Source: Candidatus Anstonellales archaeon
GTDB taxonomy: Archaea > Micrarchaeota > Micrarchaeia > Anstonellales > J096
Direction: 5' to 3'
DNA length: 64,000 nt
NCBI GenBank assembly: GCA_038890615.1
Contig: JAWAFI010000001.1
Coordinates: 465,536-529,535, forward strand
The position numbers were made by a program, and so were the translations under genes. Below the pieces are notes generated by a model that saw only the letters and a program-made list of their open reading frames with translations, did no database searches and was not told where the DNA came from. Positions 8,944 to 18,522 of this stretch are shown here, in pieces. The first letter of the stretch is position 1, and each line of letters opens with the position of its first letter.

Positions 8944-9115
8944 ACCTCTGCCATCAGCGGATTTCTAACCACCTTTTTGAAAGGTTTTTTTCTTCCATCA
9001 AGCTCACCTACTTTTATTATTAGTAGGGGATATCTTTTTAAATATGTGTCCCATTATTGGCCAAGCTAAGGATCTTTAGCCATTTCCCTAACAAAAGCCA
9101 AATCGTTTAAATATC

Positions 9116-10438
9116 TTGCATAGTGCATTAGCCATGAAAAGGTATTTGCCGTTTCTTATATTGGCGGTGGCAATATCTGCAATGGTTTTTTCAGCAGTGC
9201 AGATGGGCCATGAGCAGCCAATGGTGATTTACTACGATGGAGCGCATGTTGTGCAGAAAGAACAGCTTGCCATAAAAGACGGGAAAGCAGAAGCGCTTTT
9301 TTCCTACAACCCTGTAGCAAACACCGTTGTGGTGCTTTCGCCAACCGACTTCCTTTCCTACACCATCAAAACTGCCTCACAAAGAGTTGAGGGATTGGAA
9401 AGGGAAGTGGTTGCATACGATTCCAATGGCAAGGCATATGAGGGCACTATGATATCCAGCTCACCGCTCACTATAAGGACAAAGGAAGGTGTTGTGGTTG
9501 TGAGCGATATAGTGAGCCTGCTCTACAAGGGAATAGAGAGCCTTGATGATGAGAAGAAGCAGGCGCTTTTGCTTTTCTTCCAGCAGCAGAGCGGTTCTAT
9601 CGATGCTCTTTTCTCCTACATAACCCCAGACATAAGCTGGAAGCCGGTGCTTACCCTTGATGAAGGTGCAAAGATGGGGGTAAAGCTCTCTGCATCAGTG
9701 AGCAATTCAGGCGACCCTCTTAGCGGAAGGGTAAGGTTTGTTACCCAGCAGGTGCTCCCTTACAGCTCCTATTATAGGTATGCAAAGGCATACTCTGCCT
9801 ATAATTACGAAACAGGGGTGGCTTATGAATCTGCCTCTGCAATCTCGGCATTTGGGGAAAGGTATTCCTATGAGCCTAGCCATGATGTTCTGCTTGATGA
9901 AGGGACTACTTTAGTGCCACTGAAAGAAGGCACACAGGATTTCTATACATACTACAAGTTCGTAGTGCCTTCATACTCAAGCGAAATATTGCATCCAGGC
10001 AAGCATGTTGCGTTTAGGAACACTTTTGCCCCATTGCCTGCTGGATCAGAAGTGCAGTACCTTGTTGGCTCTGCATACATGAATACGCTTTCTCTTTCCA
10101 AAGACATACCAGTTGGGGAAGAGGTTGACTTGGAAGTGGCTTCTGCATTTGACATAACCGCAAACACTACTATTATTACTGATGAGCAGTCCTACAGCGG
10201 AAGGAGGACTAGATACCATGTTGTAATAACCAACTACAAGGACAGCAGAGTGCCTATCAGGGCTGCCTACCAGGGCTATGGGGATTGGAAAGTGCTTGCT
10301 GAAACCGCAGACCATGTAAAGGTAAACGCCAACGAGATATACTGGGAGTACACGCTTGGGAAAGGCGAGAAGGCTGAGCTTGATTTCACTATTGAGTATA
10401 TATACAACACAAAGCCTTACATACTACCAAGCCAATAG
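9116..10438 (+). CDS. Secreted or signal-anchored hypothetical protein, 440 aa
   Basis: It has an N-terminal TM/signal LPFLILAVAISAMVFSA and a Tyr/Ser-rich beta-type sequence. The likely true start is MKRYL at 9134, 25-30 nt after TATA cgtttaaatat. Confidence 0.5.
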   Translation: MHSALAMKRYLPFLILAVAISAMVFSAVQMGHEQPMVIYYDGAHVVQKEQLAIKDGKAEALFSYNPVANTVVVLSPTDFLSYTIKTASQRVEGLEREVVAYDSNGKAYEGTMISSSPLTIRTKEGVVVVSDIVSLLYKGIESLDDEKKQALLLFFQQQSGSIDALFSYITPDISWKPVLTLDEGAKMGVKLSASVSNSGDPLSGRVRFVTQQVLPYSSYYRYAKAYSAYNYETGVAYESASAISAFGERYSYEPSHDVLLDEGTTLVPLKEGTQDFYTYYKFVVPSYSSEILHPGKHVAFRNTFAPLPAGSEVQYLVGSAYMNTLSLSKDIPVGEEVDLEVASAFDITANTTIITDEQSYSGRRTRYHVVITNYKDSRVPIRAAYQGYGDWKVLAETADHVKVNANEIYWEYTLGKGEKAELDFTIEYIYNTKPYILPSQ

Positions 10439-10489
10439 ATTAAACCAATAATTTTCTTAACTTCCTTAATTTTTAGGAAAACCTAAATC

Positions 10490-11290
10490 CTAAATGGCAA
10501 GCAGGATTGCTTGGTATATCATGGCTGCAGCCATCCCTGGAATCAAGAGATAAGGGAGCGCAGGGGCGAATTCCCCCTTCTCAATCCTGCTGAACATAAC
10601 AACAATGCCTGACATGCAGCCTAATATGAAAATAAAGGAGTGGGGCATAGAAAGTTGGAGGAAAGAGCAGGCAATGGCAGTTGGCAAGGCTATATCGCCT
10701 GTCCCTAATGATATTGTAGATTCTTCACCCTTTATTTTCTCAGTGCTTGTTACCATCATAGACATCTCATGCTTTGCTATTGTCTGCGCCAGCTCTATCA
10801 TATGGCCTGTTTTCCTTACTGCTACATAGTCGTAGACAATAAGGGCTGCGCCAAGCCCTATGGCAAGCCAGTAGCTTATGCTTGAGCCGATAAGGGCGCC
10901 TATTCCTGCGCTAGCTAGCAGGGCTGTTGCATTTTTTAGCCTGAAGTCCCTTGCAAAGCTTACAGAGCTTGCCACTATCCCTGAGAAAAAGAGCGAAAAT
11001 AAGTAGTTAAGGCCCAAAGCGCTGAATAATGGGAAGAATGTTATGCTCATGCCTGCTGTGCTTGCCCCAATGTCAATAGCCCCATATATGAAAGAGAATT
11101 TCATCCTGTTTAAAATAATGAAGAAGAGAGTCCCAAACAGGAACGAGCCCCCTATTATCGCTGCCATTTCCCATTCATTGAATCCTTTTAAGGGATCTAT
11201 GTCTTCCGGAAGGGGCTTCAATGCAAAATAAAGGGTTATAAGGATGCCGAGCATTGCTGCAAGCGCATACTTAAGCAGCATTGAAAGCAT
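10490..11290 (-). CDS. Presenilin / signal-peptide-peptidase-like intramembrane aspartyl protease (peptidase A22 family)
   Basis: It is polytopic with YD (VYDYVAV), GxGD (LGTGDIALP) and PAL (APALPYL) motifs in the canonical order. Confidence 0.7.
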   Translation of the reverse strand: MLSMLLKYALAAMLGILITLYFALKPLPEDIDPLKGFNEWEMAAIIGGSFLFGTLFFIILNRMKFSFIYGAIDIGASTAGMSITFFPLFSALGLNYLFSLFFSGIVASSVSFARDFRLKNATALLASAGIGALIGSSISYWLAIGLGAALIVYDYVAVRKTGHMIELAQTIAKHEMSMMVTSTEKIKGEESTISLGTGDIALPTAIACSFLQLSMPHSFIFILGCMSGIVVMFSRIEKGEFAPALPYLLIPGMAAAMIYQAILLAI

Positions 11291-13311
11291 TAGCCGCCCT
11301 CTGTTATTGCGAAAAAGCCAGGGCTTTTCTCATATATTACTCCTTTCCTAGAAAGCTCAGAGATGAACCTTTCTACCTCCCTAGGTGTTATGCCCTGCCT
11401 TTCACCTTCCTGGACAATTTCCTCCCTTTTAGCCCCTCCTTTCTCCTTAGAAAGCTTTTCTATTATATCCTCTACTTTTTCTATCTTTTCGATGAAGCTC
11501 CTTGGAGCACCTGTTGCTATTATGTCTGAGTCTATCCTCCCTGTTGCCTGGTCAGTCATCACCTTTTTCATTACATCGTGCACAAGCCTTATTGCCACTT
11601 CTGCATCCCTTTCCTCCACTTCCTCGCTGAGCCTCATTTTCGCATTTGCTTCTGCCAGCCTTATGAGGCCCTCTATGTACCTTGGTGTTATTGGCACAGA
11701 GCCGCTTGACATCCCCATCTTCCTGAGCTCTATGTAGAAATCCTTTATCTTGTTCGCAGCAGCTTCAGTAAGCCGGGGCGAAATAGATTTCCTTGCATAA
11801 GCTATGTATTTCCTTAGCAATTCAGGGTCTATTGCACCTGCTGCCTGCTGCTCCTCTCCCTTAAGCGAGCGCATGTGTGTGCCAAGTATGTGATCTGCGA
11901 GCCTTGCGTCCTTCTCCTCATCCAGCACATCAAAAATTGGGAATATCAAGTCAAACCTTGAGAGAAGGGATGGAGGTATGTTGAACTGGTCTGCTATGTT
12001 CTTTGTCTGGTCAAACCTCCCATATTTTGGGTTTGCTGCAGCGAGAATGCCTGTCTTTGCTCCAAACCTGGTTACCATGCCTGCTTTTGCCACTGAGACT
12101 GTTTGCGTCTCCATGACCTCATGCAGGGCAGCCCTTTCATTCTCGTCTATCTTGTCAAACTCGTCTATTGTCACTATGCCTCCGCTCGCAAGCACAAGAG
12201 CCCCTGCTTTAAGCGTCCATCCGCCTTCGCTTAGCTCATCCCTTTCTGCGCTTGCTGTAAGCCCAACTCCGCTAACGCTCTTTCCGCTTACATAGATGCT
12301 CTTTGGGGCTATCTTGTTAACGCTTTCAAGAAACCTTGTTTTTGCGATGCCTGGGTCGCCAATAAGGAGTATATGCACATCGTCCCTTGCCTTCATGCCT
12401 CCAGGAAGCAGCTTTCCTTTTGTGCCTCCGAAAAGCATTAGCGCTATTGCATACTTTACTTCATCATGGCCGAATATCACAGGGGCAATTGATTGGGCTA
12501 TCCTGCTTTCTATGTTTGGCACCTTTGAGAGCTCCCTTATCCTTTTCTCATCCTCTTTTGTAAGCTCTATCTCTTCAAATTCCCTCTTTGTGCTAGTAAC
12601 TGAGCTTACCTCAACATATTTTGTGTAGGTGAGGGTTGGGCCTTTTGCCAATGGCTTCAACCTAAGCACCCCATTTACTATTATGTTTTCCCCTGGCACA
12701 ACCTTGTTCACCAAATCATCTATTAGCTGAAGCTCAATCTTTGCAGACGGCGTGCCACCCCTTACCCTTTCCACGAGCTCCTGCACCTCTGCCCTCTGTA
12801 TGTCTGTATAGGTGCTCTTCTCCTCCACAGGCTCAAGCGCCATCTTGTGGCAGGAGGGGCATTTCTTCGGCTGCACAAAGCTTTTTGTAACCTCAAGCCT
12901 AATTTCATTGTCGCAGAGCTTGCACTGGAAGGTTGCAAGCTTTATCCTATAAAGAACCTCCCCCCTCCTAGTCACTACTCCTTTGAATGCTATCATCTCT
13001 CCAATGTTCTTTGCCTTTATGCCCTCTATGAGCATGTCTTCCCCTGGGGCGTTCCTAAACCTGAGGTGGAGCTTCACCTCTTTCACAACAGGGCTTATGA
13101 AGGTAAGGCGCTGGAGCACTGCTTCTCCTGCCTCAATGACCTTGTCTGGGTTTTTTATGAGAAGGTCTGCAAGCTCTGGCTCAAACCTTTCAAGCTTCTT
13201 GTAATCAACATAGATGCTCTTCTCGTTTGGATAGGATGAGACAGCAGTGTCTATGTCCTGCTGGTAGTGCGTGCGCAGGAATTCTTCCAATTTTTGCTCA
13301 AGCTCCTCCAT
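11290..13311 (-). CDS. mcm: Minichromosome maintenance (MCM) replicative helicase
   Basis: It has a C4 zinc finger (CKLCDN...CPSCHK), Walker A GDPGIAKTRFL, Walker B DEFDKI and an arginine finger SRFDL. It is 673 aa. Confidence 0.95.
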   Translation of the reverse strand: MEELEQKLEEFLRTHYQQDIDTAVSSYPNEKSIYVDYKKLERFEPELADLLIKNPDKVIEAGEAVLQRLTFISPVVKEVKLHLRFRNAPGEDMLIEGIKAKNIGEMIAFKGVVTRRGEVLYRIKLATFQCKLCDNEIRLEVTKSFVQPKKCPSCHKMALEPVEEKSTYTDIQRAEVQELVERVRGGTPSAKIELQLIDDLVNKVVPGENIIVNGVLRLKPLAKGPTLTYTKYVEVSSVTSTKREFEEIELTKEDEKRIRELSKVPNIESRIAQSIAPVIFGHDEVKYAIALMLFGGTKGKLLPGGMKARDDVHILLIGDPGIAKTRFLESVNKIAPKSIYVSGKSVSGVGLTASAERDELSEGGWTLKAGALVLASGGIVTIDEFDKIDENERAALHEVMETQTVSVAKAGMVTRFGAKTGILAAANPKYGRFDQTKNIADQFNIPPSLLSRFDLIFPIFDVLDEEKDARLADHILGTHMRSLKGEEQQAAGAIDPELLRKYIAYARKSISPRLTEAAANKIKDFYIELRKMGMSSGSVPITPRYIEGLIRLAEANAKMRLSEEVEERDAEVAIRLVHDVMKKVMTDQATGRIDSDIIATGAPRSFIEKIEKVEDIIEKLSKEKGGAKREEIVQEGERQGITPREVERFISELSRKGVIYEKSPGFFAITEGG

Positions 13312-13498
13312 GCCACCATCTCAAAAATTTGTCAGCGTCAAGTCAACTCATCATTGCTCAGAGTCGTAACTTTCATCATCCTTTACCTATATGCACCAAG
13401 CACTTTAAAATCCTTTCCCAGCCCAATGGCCATTCTTCTTTCTTTGCATTAGCAGGGCTTTCCAAAATGCTTTAAAATACATACATTATATACTAAGC

Positions 13499-14071
13499 AT
13501 GGCATTAGAACTACTATTAGGAATTATTGCCCTTGTTATTGTTGGCTTGGCGCTTGTGCTCGTCCTTTGGGGTATATGGACATACAACAAGATAGTATCC
13601 CTGAAGAAAAAAGTAGAGGAAACATGGTCTATCATTGAAGTTCAGCTAAAAAGGAGGTACGATTTGATACCAAACCTTGTTGAAACAGTCAAGGGCTATA
13701 TGAAGCACGAGAGGGAAACCCTTACTAAAGTTACAGAGCTTAGGAGCGCAATAATGGCTGCTCCAACAAAGGAAGAAAGGATGAAGGCAGACAACATGCT
13801 TACTGCTACTCTCAAATCGCTTTTTGCTGTTGCTGAGAACTACCCTGCGCTTAGGGCAAACGAGAACTTCCTGAAGCTCCAGGAGTCGCTTGAAGACACA
13901 GAGAACAGGATTTCATACGCAAGGATGTCGTACAACTCAGTGGTAAGGGATTACAATACTTTCATAGCGCTCATCCCGAACAACATTGTAGCTTCTTTCC
14001 TTAATGCAAAACCAGAGCCTTTCTTTGAGGCAGGGGAAGAGGCAAAGAAAGCCCCAAAGGTTCAATTCTGA
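13499..14071 (+). CDS. lemA: LemA family membrane protein
   Basis: An N-terminal TM is followed by the LemA signature WSIIEVQLKRRYDLIPNLVETVKGY. Confidence 0.85.
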   Translation: MALELLLGIIALVIVGLALVLVLWGIWTYNKIVSLKKKVEETWSIIEVQLKRRYDLIPNLVETVKGYMKHERETLTKVTELRSAIMAAPTKEERMKADNMLTATLKSLFAVAENYPALRANENFLKLQESLEDTENRISYARMSYNSVVRDYNTFIALIPNNIVASFLNAKPEPFFEAGEEAKKAPKVQF

Positions 14072-14074
14072 TCC

Positions 14075-14506
14075 ATGCTGAGGTTTCCCACAAAAGAGGA
14101 GCAGAAAGAGCTTGCTAGGAAGGTTAAGGAATATTACGCCTCACTTTACCCTAGCGAGGAGATTTCAATTGAGGAAGAGGTGTTTACTCCTGAAGAGATA
14201 GGGGAGATGGAATACTTATATTCAGGTGAGCAGGTTATGGAAAGCATTGCTGGCAAGATAGAGGACTTAAAAGAGCTTGCAAAGAAGGGAATAACTCCTC
14301 ATATGGTGCTCATAAGCCAAAAGAGGAAGGGCAAGGAGGCAAGGATGGTGCTTGACGGCCATTTGAGGAGCATTTTTGCCTATTCATATGGAATAGCTTG
14401 GCCTGCATTCCTAGTAGTGCTTCCTCCAAAGGCAAGATCAGGCATTTCCTACCTGAAGCTAGGAAAGGTAAAAGAGGTCGTACAATTATTTAATCAGCGT
14501 ATATAA
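14075..14506 (+). CDS. Hypothetical protein; LemA-associated partner with C-terminal hydrophobic segment
   Basis: It is a 143-aa ORF 4 nt after lemA. It is acidic, with GIAWPAFLVVLPP near the C-terminus. Confidence 0.45.
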   Translation: MLRFPTKEEQKELARKVKEYYASLYPSEEISIEEEVFTPEEIGEMEYLYSGEQVMESIAGKIEDLKELAKKGITPHMVLISQKRKGKEARMVLDGHLRSIFAYSYGIAWPAFLVVLPPKARSGISYLKLGKVKEVVQLFNQRI

Positions 14507-14529
14507 TTATGGCTTTTGACGTTGAGTGT

Positions 14530-14707
14530 TATATTATTTATAAATATTTGTTACAAAATAAGGAAAAGGTTTAAAAAGAGCCCATTAATTTTGTGTATAG
14601 CCCTCCCCCTGAGGGTTGTTCTCCCAAAGAGAACTTTTGCGGGGCGTAAATGGCCGCCAAATAATGTTTTTGTGACGCCCCAAGTGGCGGCCGATTGAGG
14701 TGAATAG
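14530..14707 (+). promoter_or_regulatory. Promoter (TATA tttataaatatt about 14536-14548) and long structured 5' leader of the surface-protein gene, with hairpins, interleaved repeats and an SD
   Basis: Hairpin 1 is CCCTC/GAGGG at 14601-14615. Hairpin 2 is GTTCTC-CCAAA-GAGAAC at 14618-14634. Interleaved complementary 7-mers are GGGGCGT (14641-47), GGCCGCC (14652-58), ACGCCCC (14675-81) and GGCGGCC (14686-92). The SD GAGGTGA at 14695-14701 lies 7 nt before the ATG at 14708. Confidence 0.45.
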
Positions 14708-17344
14708 ATGAAAGGAATACAAAAGATTGGAGCGATAGTAGGAGGAACAGCCTTATTGGCTGGAGCAGCCTTTGCTGGGCTTGCCTTTGAGGATATGGAA
14801 TTGGTTAATCCCAATGGCCAGCCGACAGTGAAGGTAGTCGCAGGCGCAAAAGCCGCCATTAGCGACGGAATAGTGGCAGCAAACATAGCAACGAAGATAG
14901 CAAACTCTGCATACGGCAAGAAGACATACACAGCAACAGTGACAGGCCTTAGCTCAGTCACATGCACGGGAGGCGGAGCAGGAGGAACAGGCACATGCAC
15001 TGTGAAAGAGGGAAGCGAGAGCGTGACCCTTGACATAACAGTGCCTGGCTTGACAGGCTCAGCCCACAACTTCCAGATCCTCATAGGCGACTATGTGGAC
15101 AGGGAGCTGGAAAACAGGGAAAACTACAACACTGCAGACTGGTATGACACAACAACTTCAGAAACAAGCATAAATGCCCACCCATACTCTGATGGGAATG
15201 GAGGAACAGTGGCAGGGGCTTACTCAGATGTAGCTCTCTACAGGATTGATGGAGGCAAGTTCTCTGCATTTGCAGACAAGACAATAGTAGACCCAAGGAC
15301 TGCATCATCCTACACTGAATCGCAAGCAGTGTATGTTGCAGGCCAGGGGCAATACGATGAGGCAGAAGAAGACCTCACTGCATCAATGCAGGGCCTTATC
15401 TACCAGGTGAAGTTTGACGAGAACACTGACAACGGAATCCCAGTGTGCGACCCAAAAGACTCCAAATCAGCAAAGGACTACACAATGTGCGAGGACCACG
15501 ACAGGGTTGACAACCACAGGATGAAAGTTTGGTTCCTAGGCTCTGAGTGGGTAATAGTTGAGATGGAGCCAGCAACAGACACAATTGATGGGAGTGGTGT
15601 TAAAGTAGTTGCAGGAGGCTCTGTAACCCTTGCAAAAGAGAGCGTCTATGGATTCGTGAATGTTGGGGAATACCTTGATGCAGGGGAGATAAAGGTGAGG
15701 CTTGACGACATTACAGCAGGCGATGCAGCAGAGAACCAGAGGGCAGTCATTTCAGTGCTTGATGCAAACGGCCAGCCAACAGGAGTGCAGGACACAATAA
15801 CACCAGGAAGCACAAAGAAAGTTCTTGTTGGAGGCAAAGAGTACAGGATAAGGGTCTACCAGACAGCACCAGGTTACACATTTGGTGCGAAGTGGGCAGA
15901 AATGGCCTTGATAAGCGAGGAATTCACAATAACTGACCAGGAGTACATGGACGAGCCGAACGACCTCTGGAAGGCATCAGTGCTCTGGAAGAACAGGGAT
16001 GCTACAACAGACGATGGAAACAACAACAACGGATACGAAGAGCAGCCAGACTACTTGAGGGCAATCCTCTTGCAGAGGACTGACTTCAACGATGTGCTCT
16101 TCAAGGGCGATGTTGTAAACATCGTTGAGGACCCAGTTGCATTCAAGTTCGCCTTCAATGGATTGGACCTTACCTCAAGCGACTATGACAGGCTTCAGTT
16201 TAAGCTGAAGAAGACGCCGTTCTCAATAACCCTTACTGATAACTCAGTTGTTCCCTTGACAAATGTGGTTGAGATTACAACCTCAGAGAAAACAGCATTG
16301 GAAATGAAGAACGATGGATGCCCAGCAGGAACACCAACACCAGCAGGCCCAAGCGACAAGGCATACCTTGACCTTGACAACTCCATGCTCTACTTGAAGG
16401 AGTCATCCTCAAGCAGCAAGTATGTGCTAGCATGCGATAATACAGCTAACGCAAGTGACTACGCCTATCTTGTCTACTATTCTGCAGGAGACTACTACGA
16501 TCCAGGCGATCTTTGGACTTCTGATGACAGCGGGGGAATAATGGAATTGTTTGCAGATAACGACGAAATCTGGATTTATGTGCACGAGGACGCAGGAGGA
16601 GTTGCATCTGACGACCATGTTGCAGACGTGTGGGAAATAGATGGCTACTACGATGGCTCTAGCTGGAGCTTCCAGAATACACCCTGGACAGCAAATGACA
16701 AGGTATATTATTACAGCACTGGAGACACATACTATGGCTCTGACCTGATAGCAACAACTGGCGAAAAGGAAGAGGGCTATGTTTCCGAGAGGGGCTCTGT
16801 GTTTGTGTCTGAGACAGGCACAGCAATGGAGTTCAAGATTGCAAAGAAGCTCGGCCACTTGCTCTTCTCCTTGATGCCGAACGTTGAGGCAGGATCTGCA
16901 GAGTCAACAAGGGTTGTCCTCCACGAGGGAGAGCAGACCACAATAGGAGGAGTTACTGTAAAGGTCGTTTCAATTGATGAGCAGTTGAACCCATGCACTG
17001 TTGCAGGGGGCTCTGCAAGCTGCACTGTTGCAGGAACAGACGGCGTCTCTGCGGTCATAAGCCCAGAGAACAAGCACTCTGTTGATGTTGCAGTGCCGTA
17101 TGCAGTGAGCAACTTAGTGCTCCTTGACTCTGAGGCAGGAAGCGTGGGCGCAGTGATTTCAGTTGGAGGGCCTGCAGTAAACACAGTGACAGCAAACGCC
17201 TTGACAGGCAGCGATGTAACCCTCAGCAAGCCAGGCGACAAGGTTGTGAAGAAGATCGGCAGCACAATAGTTGTTGCTGGCTACACAGCCGAGGACACCA
17301 TGGAAGCAGGAAGGGACTTCTTGGCTGCACTCAAGAGCAACTGA
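14708..17344 (+). CDS. Large secreted acidic cell-surface protein, candidate S-layer protein (878 aa)
   Basis: It has a signal peptide MKGIQKIGAIVGGTALLAGAAFAGLA and a Thr/Gly/Asp/Val-rich beta-rich sequence. It also has a strong promoter, a long leader and an oligo-T terminator, consistent with a highly expressed surface protein. Confidence 0.55.
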   Translation: MKGIQKIGAIVGGTALLAGAAFAGLAFEDMELVNPNGQPTVKVVAGAKAAISDGIVAANIATKIANSAYGKKTYTATVTGLSSVTCTGGGAGGTGTCTVKEGSESVTLDITVPGLTGSAHNFQILIGDYVDRELENRENYNTADWYDTTTSETSINAHPYSDGNGGTVAGAYSDVALYRIDGGKFSAFADKTIVDPRTASSYTESQAVYVAGQGQYDEAEEDLTASMQGLIYQVKFDENTDNGIPVCDPKDSKSAKDYTMCEDHDRVDNHRMKVWFLGSEWVIVEMEPATDTIDGSGVKVVAGGSVTLAKESVYGFVNVGEYLDAGEIKVRLDDITAGDAAENQRAVISVLDANGQPTGVQDTITPGSTKKVLVGGKEYRIRVYQTAPGYTFGAKWAEMALISEEFTITDQEYMDEPNDLWKASVLWKNRDATTDDGNNNNGYEEQPDYLRAILLQRTDFNDVLFKGDVVNIVEDPVAFKFAFNGLDLTSSDYDRLQFKLKKTPFSITLTDNSVVPLTNVVEITTSEKTALEMKNDGCPAGTPTPAGPSDKAYLDLDNSMLYLKESSSSSKYVLACDNTANASDYAYLVYYSAGDYYDPGDLWTSDDSGGIMELFADNDEIWIYVHEDAGGVASDDHVADVWEIDGYYDGSSWSFQNTPWTANDKVYYYSTGDTYYGSDLIATTGEKEEGYVSERGSVFVSETGTAMEFKIAKKLGHLLFSLMPNVEAGSAESTRVVLHEGEQTTIGGVTVKVVSIDEQLNPCTVAGGSASCTVAGTDGVSAVISPENKHSVDVAVPYAVSNLVLLDSEAGSVGAVISVGGPAVNTVTANALTGSDVTLSKPGDKVVKKIGSTIVVAGYTAEDTMEAGRDFLAALKSN

Positions 17345-17345
17345 A

Positions 17346-17400
17346 GGCAAATCACCTAACCTTTTAATTTCCTTTTTCTTTTTCCCTTAAGCAAATTCTT
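17346..17400 (+). terminator. T-rich archaeal-type terminator region after the surface-protein gene
   Basis: ccttttaatttcctttttctttttccc lies immediately after the stop codon. Confidence 0.4.
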
Positions 17401-17411
17401 TTAAACCTTTA

Positions 17412-17960
17412 TTGCTTCCCTTATCCATGAATCTCTTAAAAGGCATATCCTCTGGCTCAGGGGATGTTGTAAATGCTGTGATAGAAGTGCCAAGGGGCTC
17501 AAGGAACAAGTACGAGTATGACAAGGAAGCTGGAGTTGTAAGGCTTGACAGGGTGCTCCATTCGCCGTTCTTCTACCCAACTGACTATGGCTTTATACCG
17601 CAAACTTGGTACGACGATGAAGACCCCCTTGACATAATGGTTTATACAAGGGACCCAACCTTCCCAGGATGCGTAGTAGAAGCAAGGGTTATAGGGATGA
17701 TGCGCATGGAGGACGAAAAAGGCACCGATGACAAGCTTATAGCTGTGCCTACTGGCGACCCTCTTTATGCAGACATACAGGACATAACAGACCTTCCTTC
17801 CTCACTGCTTGAGGAGATAGCCCACTTCTTTGAGAGATACAAGGACCTTGAGAAAGGCAAGAGCTCAAAGGTAAAGGGATGGTTTGACAAAAAGGATGCG
17901 CTGAAAGTGCTAGAGAAGGGAAGAAGGCTTTTTAAGAAGAAATATGCTGGTAGCGATTGA
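17412..17960 (+). CDS. ppa: Inorganic pyrophosphatase
   Basis: It has EVPRGSRNKYEYD and DEDPLDIMV, the family I PPase signature. Confidence 0.9.
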   Translation: MLPLSMNLLKGISSGSGDVVNAVIEVPRGSRNKYEYDKEAGVVRLDRVLHSPFFYPTDYGFIPQTWYDDEDPLDIMVYTRDPTFPGCVVEARVIGMMRMEDEKGTDDKLIAVPTGDPLYADIQDITDLPSSLLEEIAHFFERYKDLEKGKSSKVKGWFDKKDALKVLEKGRRLFKKKYAGSD

Positions 17961-18513
17961 AGGCATTGATGGGGCAGGCAAGGGAGTGCAGTGCTCCTTT
18001 TTCCACAGCCCATTCAAAAGGCTGTCATTCCCTTCAAGGAAATACGACCTTATAAGGAAATACCTCAACAAAGAGATTGAGATAAGGCCAGAAGCGATAT
18101 TCCTCCTTTATGCTTCAGACATAATTGACAGCATACTCAGCATTAACTTGAAAGAGAAATGGGTGTTAGACCGCTATGTCCAATCCACAGCTGCCTACGA
18201 GGTAAGCGGAGTGGGCTTCAAGAGGCAGAAGGAGATACTTAAGATGCTCCCCTACCCAAAGGCAGACATAGTGTTCCTCCTTGACATTGACCCAGAGATT
18301 TCAGTGGAAAGGATGTCAAGGGCAAACAAGAAGGCAGACCGCTACGAAAGGATAGAATACCTTTCCAAGGTGAGAGCCAACTACCTTGAGCTTGCAAAAG
18401 AGAGCTTTTTTGCAAAGCGCTGGGTTACAATCAATGCTGCGCAGTCCATTGAGAAGGTTCGTGATGAAATAAGGGGCCACATGCAAAGGCTTTTTAAGGA
18501 TTCAGAAGGTTAA
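17944..18513 (+). CDS. tmk: Thymidylate kinase-like protein with atypical P-loop
   Basis: It has the LVAIEGIDGAGKG N-terminal P-loop region and a DRY-like DRYV. Its length is typical of Tmk. The P-loop reads G-x4-G-K-G instead of GK[ST]. Confidence 0.65.
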   Translation: MLVAIEGIDGAGKGVQCSFFHSPFKRLSFPSRKYDLIRKYLNKEIEIRPEAIFLLYASDIIDSILSINLKEKWVLDRYVQSTAAYEVSGVGFKRQKEILKMLPYPKADIVFLLDIDPEISVERMSRANKKADRYERIEYLSKVRANYLELAKESFFAKRWVTINAAQSIEKVRDEIRGHMQRLFKDSEG

Positions 18514-18522
18514 ATTAGCACT

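Noticed and set aside
11363-13239. Several plus-strand ORFs (11363..11737, 11978..12295, 12296..12628, 12847..13239, 12983..13204)
   Set aside because: All lie inside and antisense to the strongly supported mcm gene. Their Ser/Leu/Pro-rich composition is shadow-frame noise.
13312-13498. Replication origin next to mcm
   Set aside because: The 187-nt divergent intergenic region has A/T promoter boxes but no recognisable ORB/mini-ORB repeats. Archaeal origins are normally next to orc1/cdc6, not mcm.
14516-14698. 60-aa plus-strand ORF in the surface-protein leader
   Set aside because: The region contains the TATA box, two perfect hairpins, the interleaved repeat set and the SD. It is better explained as a 5' leader than as coding.
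16195-17350. Minus-strand ORFs inside the surface-protein gene (16195..16386, 16427..16858, 16777..17265, 17159..17350)
   Set aside because: They are antisense to the 878-aa secreted protein gene, with Cys/Val-rich nonsense composition.
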